The translations under genes were made by a program, and so were the position numbers. DNA of 64,000 nt, taken from positions 224,001-288,000 of the forward strand of contig CAWHAA010000005.1 in assembly GCA_963827275.1 (NCBI GenBank), in the 5' to 3' direction. The stretch is from an uncultured Spirochaetota bacterium. Lineage in GTDB: Bacteria; Spirochaetota; UBA4802; UBA5550. The notes beneath the pieces were generated by a model. That model had not been told where the DNA came from. It saw only the letters and a program-made list of their open reading frames with translations, and did not search any database. Shown piece after piece: positions 9,326-19,306 of the stretch. Positions within the stretch are counted from its first letter, which is position 1. Each line of letters begins with the position of its first letter.

Positions 9326-11512
9326 ATGAATCCGTATATCATACTCCCGGTCCTTGCATTCCTCATCAATTTCTTTATGATGTCATACGCGATGGCGTTG
9401 AACATACGGAATCCCGTCAATCGTTCATATGTGATGCTTTCAGCCGTCATTTCTCTCTGGGTCCTCTGCAGCGCCGCATTTCATCTTCCTCTCGAAGACG
9501 CGGCCATAGTCCCCTTCAGCAAATTCTCTTCAATTTTCTGGTATCTGACCGGATTTTTTTTCACAAATTTTACCTACATGTTTTTGCAGCGGCAGCGCGA
9601 CCTGTTTTACTATTCCATCCTGGCCATATCGCTTACTGCAATCATCACCGCAACAACGACTGACTTGATCATTTCCGGGTTTGCGCGTTACGATTGGGGC
9701 TGGCGCTTCAACGAGGGCGTCCTTTTCTCCCTTGTCACCGTGATTGCCATCATCATGCCCATCATCGTTTCCTGGGCACTGGCCTTCCGCCACAGGCAGT
9801 CAACCGGCGACCCGGTCAGGCGGAGACAGATTGCGCCGCTCCTTGCGGGGGTCCTGATCTCGCTTCTATTCTCAGGAATCAACCAGTTCATCATACCGAA
9901 CCTTACTGGCTTCGAAAACAGCGTCCGGTATACCGCCTCATGGAGCGTTATCCTCAGCCTGTTTGTCTTCTACACGACCATCAGGTACCGCTTCCTGACC
10001 CCCGAAATACACGATATCGCCGACGAGCTTTTCGCCTCTTCCAGGGAAGGAGTCGTTATACTCAACAGCACCGGATCCGTGCTGAACATGAATGAAGCCG
10101 CCATTACAATACTGCATGTCGGCGATGCAATGACGGCGTCGCTCCGCATCGAAACGCTGGTTGACAAGTATAGCGCTGAACATTCCTACAGCAATTATAT
10201 AACCACGACCTCGCACCCAGGGTGGAAGCGGACGATTCTGCTTAACCAGTCTGTCATTCGCGCGGGGGACATGACCATCGGCAAAATCCTTATCATCAAC
10301 GACATCACCGAGATGGCCCGCATGAACGAGGCGCTGAGGGAGTCAAATGAGCTGTTCAAGCTCATCACCAACAATGTGAAGGACGTTATCTGGATCTTCG
10401 ACCTGGCGTTATTAAAATTCAGCTATGTGAGCCCGTCGGTGACGGCAAGCACGGGCTGGAGCCCGGGTGAATTTACCAGCCTCACGCTCACCGATCTGCT
10501 GGACGGTGATGACCTCAGGACCCTGACAGCCATACTTGGCGATGAAATAGCATCGGACGGGATGCGCGAACAGGGCAGATCACGGTCGCACACGCTGAAA
10601 GAACGCTCGAAAAACGGTGCGATGATTGACATCGAGATCAACACCTCCTTTATACGGGACACGACCGGAAAACCTGTCGCCATCCTCGGAGTAACCAGGG
10701 ACATCACCGTGCAGAAACGTCTCGAAAACGAGCTGCGGACGAGCGTCTTACAGCTGAAAGAACGCAACGAGAGCATTGAAAAGGACCTCAAAACCGCGCA
10801 AGTCGTCCAGCGGGCGCTCCTCCCCGCGGAAGCACCTTCGTGCGAACGGCTCGCTATCGGGTTTCGCTACAACACGCCGGAAGCCATCGGCGGAGACTTT
10901 TTCAACATCCAACCGCTGGCCGAAGGCGGCCTGTCAATCTTCGTCAGCGATGTCACCGGGCACGGTATTACGGCCGCACTTTTTCTTTCCCTGCTCAAAT
11001 CGATCAGCACCGCCCATCTCCGCAGATATGCCAGCGAGCCGAAAGACTACCTCGCCGCGCTCAACGCCGACCTTTATGAAAACATGCACACGTATTTTGT
11101 TTCCGCGGTGTACGGCTTTTTTCATTGCGGGGGCATTGAAGATATCATGCGGCTTACGGTATCATGCGCGGGGCACCCCGCTCCCATCATACACCCTTCC
11201 GGAGGGGGACCGGCACGGTACCTTGATATCCAGGGCAAAGTCATCGGATTGATGAGAGACACTTCTTTCCCATCACTTGAATTGTCCCTCAATACCGGGG
11301 ACCGCGTCTATTTCTACACTGACGGCCTTCCCGAAATGACCGATGCGGGCCACGAATGCCTGGGGTATGGGCGCTTTCTCGAAATAATCGGCGGCACCGG
11401 GGCACTGTCACTGAATGAAGCGCTGGATTCAATCATAGCGGCGGCGAACCGTTTCCGCTGCGACGAGCCTATTACTGACGATCTTGTCATCATCGGGGTA
11501 GAGGTCCTCTGA
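9326..11512 (+). CDS. 7TM sensor - PAS - PP2C/SpoIIE serine phosphatase
   Basis: N-terminal ~7 TM region, two PAS-like segments, GGDFF, DVTGHG, AGHP, YTDGL and DDL PP2C motifs. Confidence 0.9.
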   Translation: MNPYIILPVLAFLINFFMMSYAMALNIRNPVNRSYVMLSAVISLWVLCSAAFHLPLEDAAIVPFSKFSSIFWYLTGFFFTNFTYMFLQRQRDLFYYSILAISLTAIITATTTDLIISGFARYDWGWRFNEGVLFSLVTVIAIIMPIIVSWALAFRHRQSTGDPVRRRQIAPLLAGVLISLLFSGINQFIIPNLTGFENSVRYTASWSVILSLFVFYTTIRYRFLTPEIHDIADELFASSREGVVILNSTGSVLNMNEAAITILHVGDAMTASLRIETLVDKYSAEHSYSNYITTTSHPGWKRTILLNQSVIRAGDMTIGKILIINDITEMARMNEALRESNELFKLITNNVKDVIWIFDLALLKFSYVSPSVTASTGWSPGEFTSLTLTDLLDGDDLRTLTAILGDEIASDGMREQGRSRSHTLKERSKNGAMIDIEINTSFIRDTTGKPVAILGVTRDITVQKRLENELRTSVLQLKERNESIEKDLKTAQVVQRALLPAEAPSCERLAIGFRYNTPEAIGGDFFNIQPLAEGGLSIFVSDVTGHGITAALFLSLLKSISTAHLRRYASEPKDYLAALNADLYENMHTYFVSAVYGFFHCGGIEDIMRLTVSCAGHPAPIIHPSGGGPARYLDIQGKVIGLMRDTSFPSLELSLNTGDRVYFYTDGLPEMTDAGHECLGYGRFLEIIGGTGALSLNEALDSIIAAANRFRCDEPITDDLVIIGVEVL

Positions 11513-11924
11513 CGCCGCCAAGCCGTTCCCTGATCGCGGGCACGCACCGTCCCATCAGCATGATCTTTTTTTTCCCGGCGAGGGTAAAGGTCATATAATG
11601 GAACAGAAACCTGCCATACGCGACATCGGTCATGGCGTCAAACCCGATATATATCGGATCATGAAACATTTTAAACAGGATGATGGGCACCATCCCTATC
11701 CCCTGCCGGTACACGGTGACGTTCACGGTTGAATTATAATTCCCCATGAGGCCGAACCGCACCGATTGGAACGAATAGACTTCGCCGGTTTCATGCAGCG
11801 CCGGGGGCGGAGGGTTCGATTGCGCGACGCCCCGCCATCCGCCCACGAGCGAGATAAGGCCGGCAACCCCGACCCAGAGCAATACGAATAAAGGAATGAA
11901 CACGAAGGGTATCAATGCTTCCAT
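11490..11924 (-). CDS. Hypothetical membrane protein
   Basis: 144-aa ORF with an N-terminal TM helix; plausible codon usage. Confidence 0.7.
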   Translation of the reverse strand: MEALIPFVFIPLFVLLWVGVAGLISLVGGWRGVAQSNPPPPALHETGEVYSFQSVRFGLMGNYNSTVNVTVYRQGIGMVPIILFKMFHDPIYIGFDAMTDVAYGRFLFHYMTFTLAGKKKIMLMGRCVPAIRERLGGVRGPLPR

Positions 11925-11944
11925 GGTGCCGCCCTCTGATGTTA

Positions 11945-13802
11945 TTATTCATTGCCCGGGGGGCCGGACAATTCTCCAAGCTCCCGGTCAAACTGCCGTG
12001 TCTTCTCCTCGAGCTCGCAGATGAGAATTTCGAGCTCGTCGAAGAGCGCGTCGACCTCTGTCCGCGACGCATGGATCTCCTTCGAGAGCCGGGCTATTTT
12101 TTCACCGCCGCCCGTTCCTGACGCTTCGATGATATCATTGTTCAGGCCGGACAGGCGCCTTTCTTTTTCATCGATCCCGGCCTCGAGTTTTTCTATCTTC
12201 GCCTTGAGGGGATTGATTGTTTTCGATTTTCTCGCCAGGATGTCGGCGCGCAGCTTTCTCTGGTCTTTTTTGTTCACGCTGTCCCTCGACGGCCCCGCGG
12301 CGTCCGCCGAACCGTCCGTCTCGCGCTCATCCTCCCACCCGACCTTGTCGAGAAATGCCTGATAGGTCCCCTCGAAGACGGATATCCCGCCGCCCTGGAA
12401 GACGATAAACCTGTTTGCCAGCGTGTGAAGGAACATCTCGTTGTGGGTGACGATTATTGCCGCGCCCCCGAAATCGTCGATGGCGGCAAGGAGCGCGTCG
12501 CTTGACTCCATGTCCAGGTGGTTCGTCGGCTCGTCAAGGAGGAGCAGGTTCGACTTCTGCGCGAGTATCTTCCCGAGGAGCACCCTGCTCTTCTCGCCCC
12601 CGGAGAGCACCTCGATTTTCTTCAGGGCCATGTCGCCTTCGAACATCATGGCGCCGGCGATGTCCCTCGATTTCTGCCGGTCGCACCCCGAGAGCATAAT
12701 CTCCTCCTCGATGGTATATGCGGGTGATGAGGCGAAGGACATTCGTCTGGGCGAAATGGCCGACCACCGCATCGCCGTGCATGGCGATGGAACCTGCCCG
12801 GGGACCGAGCTCGCCGGCCAGCAGGCGCAGGAGCGTGGTCTTCCCCTTGCCGTTTTTCCCGATCACGCAGATGCGGTCGTCCTTTCCGACGGTGACGCTG
12901 AAGTCATGGATCAGGTCCTCGCCGTCATAGGAAAAGGAAAGGCCTTCCACCCGCATGAGTGTCTTCGCCGGGAAGGGCTGGTAGCTGAATGAAAAGTCCA
13001 GGGTCTTGATCTTATCAAGCCGGTCGAGCTTCTCCATCTTGTCCAGTGCCTTGATGCGCGACTGCACCATGCCGGCAAGGCGCGCCTTTGCCCGGAAGCG
13101 GGTTATGAAGAGCTCCGCCTCCTTCCGCTTTTTCTCATCGTTGACGCGGGTGTTCTCGTAGATCTCCTCTTCCTTTAATATCTGCTCGTAGTACTTGTCA
13201 GTGCCCCCCTCGATCTTGCGGACCCTCCGCCGGTGTATGCCCATCGTATGCGTGGTAACGCTGTCCATGAAGGCGCGGTCGTGGGTGATGACGACAAGCT
13301 CGCTCTTCCACTGGCGGAGAAATTTTTCCAGCCAGCGGATCGATATGATGTCAAGGTAGTTTGTCGGTTCGTCAAGGAGGAGGAGGTCCGGCTCCGACAC
13401 CAGCACCCGGGCGAGGCCCAGCCGGACCTGGTACCCCCCGGAAAACTCGGAGGTCTTCCGCTCCATGTCCTGCTTCGAGAACCCGAGGCCGGAGAGTATC
13501 TTCTCCGCCATCCAGGTTTCACCATGCAGGTGTTCCGGGAGCCCGCGGCAGGCCTCGGACAGCACCGTCTGCTCCGCAAAGAGGAGCTGCTGGGTGACAT
13601 ATCCGACGCGATAGTTCCGCGGTATCGATATTTCGCCGGAATCCCCCTGCTCCTCGCCGATGATGATGCGGAACAGGGTGGTCTTGCCGTGCCCGTTGCG
13701 GCCGACCAGCCCTACCCGCTCCTTCGGATTGATACTGACATTCACGTTTTCAAACAGGAGCTGGGTGCCGAACGATTTCGATAGATTGATTATTTTTATC
13801 AT
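11945..13802 (-). CDS. ABC-F family ATPase (apparent +1 frameshift at ~12728)
   Basis: Two ABC cassettes (GRNGHGKT, FSGG, LLLDEPTN; GKNGKGKT, LSGGE, LLLDEPTN) split across ORFs 12534-13802 and 11945-12772; removing one base restores ...NVLRL-SPAYTIEEE... Confidence 0.9.
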
Positions 13803-13937
13803 AGCATGTTAATGCCGACAATAATTGGAGCTGCGCGTTTAAATTTCAACAGGAAAAATTCCCGCCCCGGTCCCGCCACTTCCATGAACCGCACCAGACC
13901 TGATTCAAAGTGATCTGCCATGCTATTGTATCCCGGG

Positions 13938-15635
13938 TTACTTCCTGGCGGCCGGGCGGCCAAGCGCCTTCTTCTGTTTTTCCCTTCCGGCGCTGTTTCT
14001 TTCCACGAAGACGGGTTTTCCGGTAAAGGGGTTGCGGCCCGTGTAATACATGACCGCCGACCAGGTCGAGGGCAGCGGGGTGAATATCTGCACCTGCTCC
14101 GGGTCGATATGCAGCTCCTGCCGCATAAAGCCGCGCAGGTGCTTCATGTCGTCAAGCGTGCTCCCGGGATGGGCCGCGATAAGGTAATAGGTGAGATACT
14201 GCCTTTTCCCGTGCTGCCTGTTCAGCCGGTTGAAAAGGTCGCGGAAGGCGAGCAGGCTGTCGACGGACGGTTTTCCCATGAGATCGAGGACGCGCTGCAC
14301 GCAGTGCTCCGGTGCGACCTTCAGCTGGCCCGATACGTGGTGCCGTACGATCTCGGACAGGTATTCCTCCCCGGCGTCGCGATCGGCCATGACGAGGTCA
14401 TGGCGCATGCCCGATGCGACAAAGGCTTTCCTGACACCGTGAATCTTCCGGATCTTCCTTAGGAGCGCCACCTGGCTCTTGTGCGACACGCTCATGCTAC
14501 GGCATACATAGTCACCGAGGCATTGCCGGTCCGTGCACGGGCCCTTCCCGGCCCTCATCCTGCATCCCATACCGTACATGTTGGCAGTGGGCCCGCCGAT
14601 ATCGGCGATGATGCCCCGAAACGCCGGGTCGGCCACAAACCGTTTCGCCTCCCTTATAATGGACGCCTCGCTCCTCGAAACAATGAAACGACCCTGGTGG
14701 ACCGCTATGGAGCAAAAATTACACCCCCCGAAGCACCCGCGGTGCGTGGTGATTGAAAACCGTATGGTATCAAGGGCGCGCGCCTCCCCCATGCTTTTAT
14801 AATAGGGATGCAGATCGCGCTCATACTCGTGCTCATAAACGCGGTCCAGCTCTTCCGAGGTAAGCGGCATGGCGGGCGGATTATGGATAAGATACCGGTC
14901 GCCATGCTTCTGCGCCATGCCGCTGCCGCCGGCCGGGTCACCGTTTGCGAAGAAGAGCCGGCTCATGGTGATAAACGCCCCGTGGTCCTTTGCGGCGCGC
15001 TCAAATGACGGCAGCTCGATGTAGCCGGGAACCGCGGCAGCGGCAATATGGCATATGCCCCGGGTCCCGCGGTGGTCCTTGTTCTCTTTCAGCCTGCCGG
15101 CAAGCTCCAGCACCGCGCGCTCGCCCATACCGTACACCAGGATATCCGCCTTGGCGTCAAAAAGCAACGAGCGGCGCACCCCGTTGTCCCGGAAATCGTA
15201 ATGGGCGATACGGCGCAGGCTTGCCTCTATCCCACCGATAACTATCGGTACAGTATCCTTATAATGCTGACGGATCAGGTTAACGTATACAATGACCGCC
15301 CTGTCAGGCCTGCGGACGTTCCTGCCGCCCGGCGTCAGGTCATCATGCGTCCTTTTCTTCCCTGAGGCAGTATAGTTCGAAACAAGCGAATCCACCGAGC
15401 CCGAGCTGACGCCCCAGAAAAGCGCCGGCTCGCCAAGACGGGCAATGTCCCGTCCGTCCCTGATATCCGGCTGGGCTATGATACCGACCCGGTACCCTGC
15501 GTCCATCAGGACATGGCCGATAACAGCTATCCCCATATAGGGGCTATCGATATAGGTGTCCCCCGTGACGAGTATCACATCAAGCCGCTCCCAGCCGAGG
15601 GCTTTTACTTCTTCCATGGTGGTGGGTATGAACAA
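13938..15635 (-). CDS. ygiQ: YgiQ family radical SAM protein
   Basis: CFGGCNFC radical SAM motif, TGDTYIDSP, GGIEASLRR and DIGGPTAN; probable TTG start at 15635 with GGAG RBS. Confidence 0.9.
   Translation of the reverse strand: MFIPTTMEEVKALGWERLDVILVTGDTYIDSPYMGIAVIGHVLMDAGYRVGIIAQPDIRDGRDIARLGEPALFWGVSSGSVDSLVSNYTASGKKRTHDDLTPGGRNVRRPDRAVIVYVNLIRQHYKDTVPIVIGGIEASLRRIAHYDFRDNGVRRSLLFDAKADILVYGMGERAVLELAGRLKENKDHRGTRGICHIAAAAVPGYIELPSFERAAKDHGAFITMSRLFFANGDPAGGSGMAQKHGDRYLIHNPPAMPLTSEELDRVYEHEYERDLHPYYKSMGEARALDTIRFSITTHRGCFGGCNFCSIAVHQGRFIVSRSEASIIREAKRFVADPAFRGIIADIGGPTANMYGMGCRMRAGKGPCTDRQCLGDYVCRSMSVSHKSQVALLRKIRKIHGVRKAFVASGMRHDLVMADRDAGEEYLSEIVRHHVSGQLKVAPEHCVQRVLDLMGKPSVDSLLAFRDLFNRLNRQHGKRQYLTYYLIAAHPGSTLDDMKHLRGFMRQELHIDPEQVQIFTPLPSTWSAVMYYTGRNPFTGKPVFVERNSAGREKQKKALGRPAARK
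15234..15248 (+). repeat. ACCGATAACTATCGG motif copy 5 (in ygiQ, read on the minus strand as P-I-V-I-G)
   Basis: Exact 15-mer. Confidence 0.9.
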
Positions 15636-15693
15636 AAAACCGTCTCCGTTTACCTTTTTTATTGCTGCTCGGGGAGATATAGCCCAAAATCCA

Positions 15694-15753
15694 GGGGTCA
15701 GAGTAAAAATCAACCGATAACTATCGGGACCGCCCTGACCCCGGGGTCAAAGC
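15694..15753. repeat. Composite REP-like palindromic element containing motif copy 6 (15713-15727)
   Basis: GGGGTCAG (15694) and CTGACCCC (15735) are inverted and enclose ACCGATAACTATCGG; overlapped by the palindrome TGACCCCGGGGTCA. Confidence 0.75.
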
Positions 15754-15783
15754 ACCCCTCATGTATCAACAAACTAGTCAGGA

Positions 15784-16617
15784 TCAGGGAAAGTCCGGGT
15801 CTTTTTTAGACAGAAACGCCGATATGCCGTGCACGCATTCGCCTGACGCGATCAGGTCAGATGCGATGGATGTTTCACCTTTCAGGGCTTCAAGCAGGGG
15901 CTGGTCCGCCGAGCCCCGTATCACCTTCAGGGCGGCCTGAACCGCGCGGGGACCGTTCTTCGAGATGGCTTCGGCAACTTCAAAGGCATCTTCAACGACC
16001 TTCCCCGGTCTGCTTACGCGGTTCACCAGGCCCAGCCTGAAGGCTTCCTCTGCCCCCACCTTCCGGGCCGTCAATATCAGGTCAGCCGCTATCGACCTGC
16101 CCGCGAGCCGGGCCAGGGCAACGCCGCCGCCCCAGTCCGGCATCAGGCCCAGCCGTGTTTCGGAAAAGCATATGACCGCGCCGGGGTCCATCAGCCTCAT
16201 ATCGCACCTGACGGCGAGTTCCGCACCGCCGCCGTAGGCGAGTCCGTTTATCGCCGCGATGACCGGCACCGGGAGGTCCACAAGCCTGTCTACAGTGTGC
16301 CGTATATATTCGATCAGCTTCTCCACCGGTCCCCGGGTATGGTTCCGGACCGCTTCCATCAGGCTTGCCACCTGCGGATTTGCCGGGTTTACATCGAACC
16401 CGGCGCTGAATGCCCGGTCGCCCGCACCCGTCACGACTATGGCGCGGGGCATTTTTTTTATGATCTGTCCCACTGCCGATTCAAGCCCGGCCCACATATC
16501 CTGGTCAAAGGCGTTTCTTTTATCCGGCCTGTTCAGTGTGATAACGGCGCAGCGGCCCCGGAACTCCAGAAGCACAGAATCGCCAACCCTGCCGCCATCG
16601 CTGTCATGAACGGACAT
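15784..16617 (-). CDS. Enoyl-CoA hydratase/isomerase family protein
   Basis: LNRPDKRNA, FSAGFD, GGGAELA and ETRLGLMP crotonase motifs. Confidence 0.92.
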   Translation of the reverse strand: MSVHDSDGGRVGDSVLLEFRGRCAVITLNRPDKRNAFDQDMWAGLESAVGQIIKKMPRAIVVTGAGDRAFSAGFDVNPANPQVASLMEAVRNHTRGPVEKLIEYIRHTVDRLVDLPVPVIAAINGLAYGGGAELAVRCDMRLMDPGAVICFSETRLGLMPDWGGGVALARLAGRSIAADLILTARKVGAEEAFRLGLVNRVSRPGKVVEDAFEVAEAISKNGPRAVQAALKVIRGSADQPLLEALKGETSIASDLIASGECVHGISAFLSKKDPDFP

Positions 16618-17167
16618 ATTTTTCACCAAAACAATCCAGGTGTGTAAAATCCGCCACGTTTTTGCGGGGCGGTCCCTGCCGGTCAGGTACCGCGGGTTTC
16701 CCGACAGGAATCACGGTCACCGCCTCATACCCCTCCGGCACCGAAAGCGCCTTCTTCAGCGCCCGGTGGTCAATAAGGCTCACGATAACAGTCCCCAGTC
16801 CGAGATCATGCGCCCTGAGGCATATATTCTGTACCGCAAGCGCCAGGTCGAACAAGAACCATTCGTTGAAAATTGTCAGGTTTTTCCCGTCATGGGCGCC
16901 TGAAACTCCGGTTTTAGCGCACCCCACGATAACAGCCGAAGCCGCCTGGGTGCACTTGACCGCCGGATTATTCTGGGAATAGGTCCCGGCGATCTTCTCC
17001 ATGACCTGCGGGTCCCTGACGACAATGAATTCCCACACCTGGGTGTTCGCCCATGACGGGGCCCAGCGGGCCGCCTCAAGGAGCTGGGCAATCTCATCAT
17101 CGGTAACCCGGTAATCGGTGAATTTCCGCACGCTTCTGCGCTTGATAATGGCTTCTTTTACTTCCAT
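16604..17167 (-). CDS. Nitroreductase family protein
   Basis: RRSVRKF, APSWANTQ and LGLGT motifs; start at ATG 17167 with GGAGG RBS. Confidence 0.92.
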   Translation of the reverse strand: MEVKEAIIKRRSVRKFTDYRVTDDEIAQLLEAARWAPSWANTQVWEFIVVRDPQVMEKIAGTYSQNNPAVKCTQAASAVIVGCAKTGVSGAHDGKNLTIFNEWFLFDLALAVQNICLRAHDLGLGTVIVSLIDHRALKKALSVPEGYEAVTVIPVGKPAVPDRQGPPRKNVADFTHLDCFGEKYVRS

Positions 17168-17318
17168 AATAACCTCCGGTAGATCATTACCCTGTATCAT
17201 CTGATTGACAGTATTAATAAGACCCGAATCATAAATGCAATACATTTTCATAGCCATATCAGCCGAGGGACTTTTAAAAAAATTCTTGCCATCCGCGCCA
17301 TATCGCTATCGTTAAGCC

Positions 17319-18512
17319 ATGCGGCGATATACCCGATTATTCTATTTCCTGGCCCTGGCGAATTTCCTGTTCTTCCTCGGGAACTCGCTCTATATTCTCC
17401 TGCCGGTCTTTCTCAAGAACCTTGGCGCCTCAGAATCATACATTGGCGTCATGAACAATATCGACAAGATATTTACCATCATTACCGCCGTGGGGATCGG
17501 ATCGATCATGCACGGAAGGGACCGGATACGACTGTTACGGATAGGCTACCTGGTCCTTGTTGCCGCCTATGCCGCGTATCTCCTCGTGTCGTCCCTCACC
17601 TGGCTGCTCCTCCTTATACGGGTGCTGCACGGCATCGGGTTCTCGATTGCGATGATCATGGGCACCTCCATCATCTTCGACATCGTCCCCATGGAAGATG
17701 CGGCCGAGGCCATCGGCATCTACGGGGTCACCGGCGCCCTCAGCAATGCCCTGAGCCCCTTCTTCGGCGAGATGCTCCTCTCCCGGGGCCATTCGCACCA
17801 CCTGATTTTCGCCCTGTCGGTCCTCCTGGTCTCGCTGAGCCTTGCCATTACCTTTATCATGCCGCGTGGGGAGCGTCCCGGCCCCGCCCCCGACGAGCCG
17901 GCGCGGCGCGGCTCGCTCCGCCTGCTGGCAGAGCCGCGGTATCTGCTGACGACGCTGGCAACCATCATCTTCGGCGGCGGCTTCGGCGTCATCGTCACCT
18001 ATCTCCCCAATTTCATCAGGACAACGACAAGCTTCAGGTTCTCGTACTTTTTCATCATTTATATCTGCGTGCTCATCATCATACGCTTCACCTTCATCAA
18101 GATCGTTGCGCGCATCAACCGCAACAACCTTCTCGTGGCCGTTTTCGCCATCGGCGCGCTCATGAACCTGCTGATGAACGCCCTTGATTCACTGGCGATG
18201 CTGATGATAACCGCCGTCCTGTACGGCGTGACGCACGGCATACTCTACCCGGTCCTGAACACCACGGTGGTCAGCCTGGTGCACATGCATGACCGCGGCA
18301 AGGCAAACGCGCTCTTCACCGCCTCGTTCAATGGCGGCATGATGGCCTTTGCGCTCGCCCTGGGGTTCCTCATCGACCGCTTCAACACGTACCTGGCGGC
18401 CTTCAATGTCTGCGCGGTGATGTTCTCGGTGGCGATCGGATTGATCATCATCATGAAGGTTAAATACCCGACGCCCGACATAACAATCGACCCGGAATTA
18501 AGCATAGAATAA
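17319..18512 (+). CDS. MFS transporter
   Basis: 397 aa, ~12 TM helices, RVLHG and DRGKA MFS-like loops. Confidence 0.88.
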   Translation: MRRYTRLFYFLALANFLFFLGNSLYILLPVFLKNLGASESYIGVMNNIDKIFTIITAVGIGSIMHGRDRIRLLRIGYLVLVAAYAAYLLVSSLTWLLLLIRVLHGIGFSIAMIMGTSIIFDIVPMEDAAEAIGIYGVTGALSNALSPFFGEMLLSRGHSHHLIFALSVLLVSLSLAITFIMPRGERPGPAPDEPARRGSLRLLAEPRYLLTTLATIIFGGGFGVIVTYLPNFIRTTTSFRFSYFFIIYICVLIIIRFTFIKIVARINRNNLLVAVFAIGALMNLLMNALDSLAMLMITAVLYGVTHGILYPVLNTTVVSLVHMHDRGKANALFTASFNGGMMAFALALGFLIDRFNTYLAAFNVCAVMFSVAIGLIIIMKVKYPTPDITIDPELSIE

Positions 18513-18630
18513 CATGCAGACCTGAAAACGAGATCGGGGTAATGTGATAAAAACCGGAAAAAATTGTAATGTTATGTCTCATTACTGCCGATAGTATGAT
18601 ATATATTATCCGCATTGAAGGGATGCCGAC

Positions 18631-19119
18631 ATGAAACGATTAATAGCTTCATTATTCATACTCGCATTATTCTGCACCGCCTCAGCCGCACGAGCCGCGG
18701 ATGCCGCAGGCGAATCCCGAAGCATGGAAGTACTCGCCGATGACCTGAAGTTCCAGAACGGTGTGGCATTTCTCAAGCTGAAGATGAACGACAAGGCCCT
18801 CGAAACCTTCAATGAATACCTTGAAATATACTACAACGGGACACACCGGCACGAGGCGTACCGCCATATTGCGGAAATATACTTTAACAAGCTTGAATAT
18901 CTCAAGGCGATCGAGCATTACAGGGCCCTTTACGAGGAGTTCAGCAACACGGAAAGCGGCGTGGAGGCATACTACAACATAGGCATCTGCAACATAAAAA
19001 TGGGGGATGAAAGCAAGGCGGCAGCAATATTCAACGAAATAATAGAGCGCCACCAGGAATCCTCCTACCGCCAGCAGGCGGAGCTGCAGCTTGACATGCT
19101 GAACATCCTTCAGGAGTAA
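18631..19119 (+). CDS. Exported TPR protein (BamD/CpoB-like repeats)
   Basis: Signal peptide and TPR helices (EAYYNIGIC...). Confidence 0.8.
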   Translation: MKRLIASLFILALFCTASAARAADAAGESRSMEVLADDLKFQNGVAFLKLKMNDKALETFNEYLEIYYNGTHRHEAYRHIAEIYFNKLEYLKAIEHYRALYEEFSNTESGVEAYYNIGICNIKMGDESKAAAIFNEIIERHQESSYRQQAELQLDMLNILQE

Positions 19120-19236
19120 CGGGCCGGGTATTGATAAAAAAAAGTATATAATTCTATTGACAAAAGAAAGCCTCAATAGAATATGCCCTTTATTTTGAAA
19201 AATGCCATCTGCTCACTACGACCAGTGCAATAATTG

Positions 19237-19267
19237 ACAGGGACGGCATCATCAATGCCGTCCCTGT
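19237..19267 (+). promoter_or_regulatory. Perfect 13-bp hairpin upstream of fusA (terminator or attenuator candidate)
   Basis: ACAGGGACGGCAT-catca-ATGCCGTCCCTGT followed by TTA, about 40 nt before the fusA ATG. Confidence 0.6.
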
Positions 19268-19306
19268 TTATACATAGAAGATAATAATGAAAATCGAGGA
19301 ATTAAT

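Noticed and set aside
11945..13802. Programmed frameshifting or phase variation in the split genes
   Set aside because: No slippery heptamer or long simple repeat at any break; uniform +1 insertions fit sequencing error better.
18567..18594. Sigma28-like promoter TAAT-16-GCCGATAG before the TPR gene
   Set aside because: Imperfect match in AT-rich DNA with no independent support.
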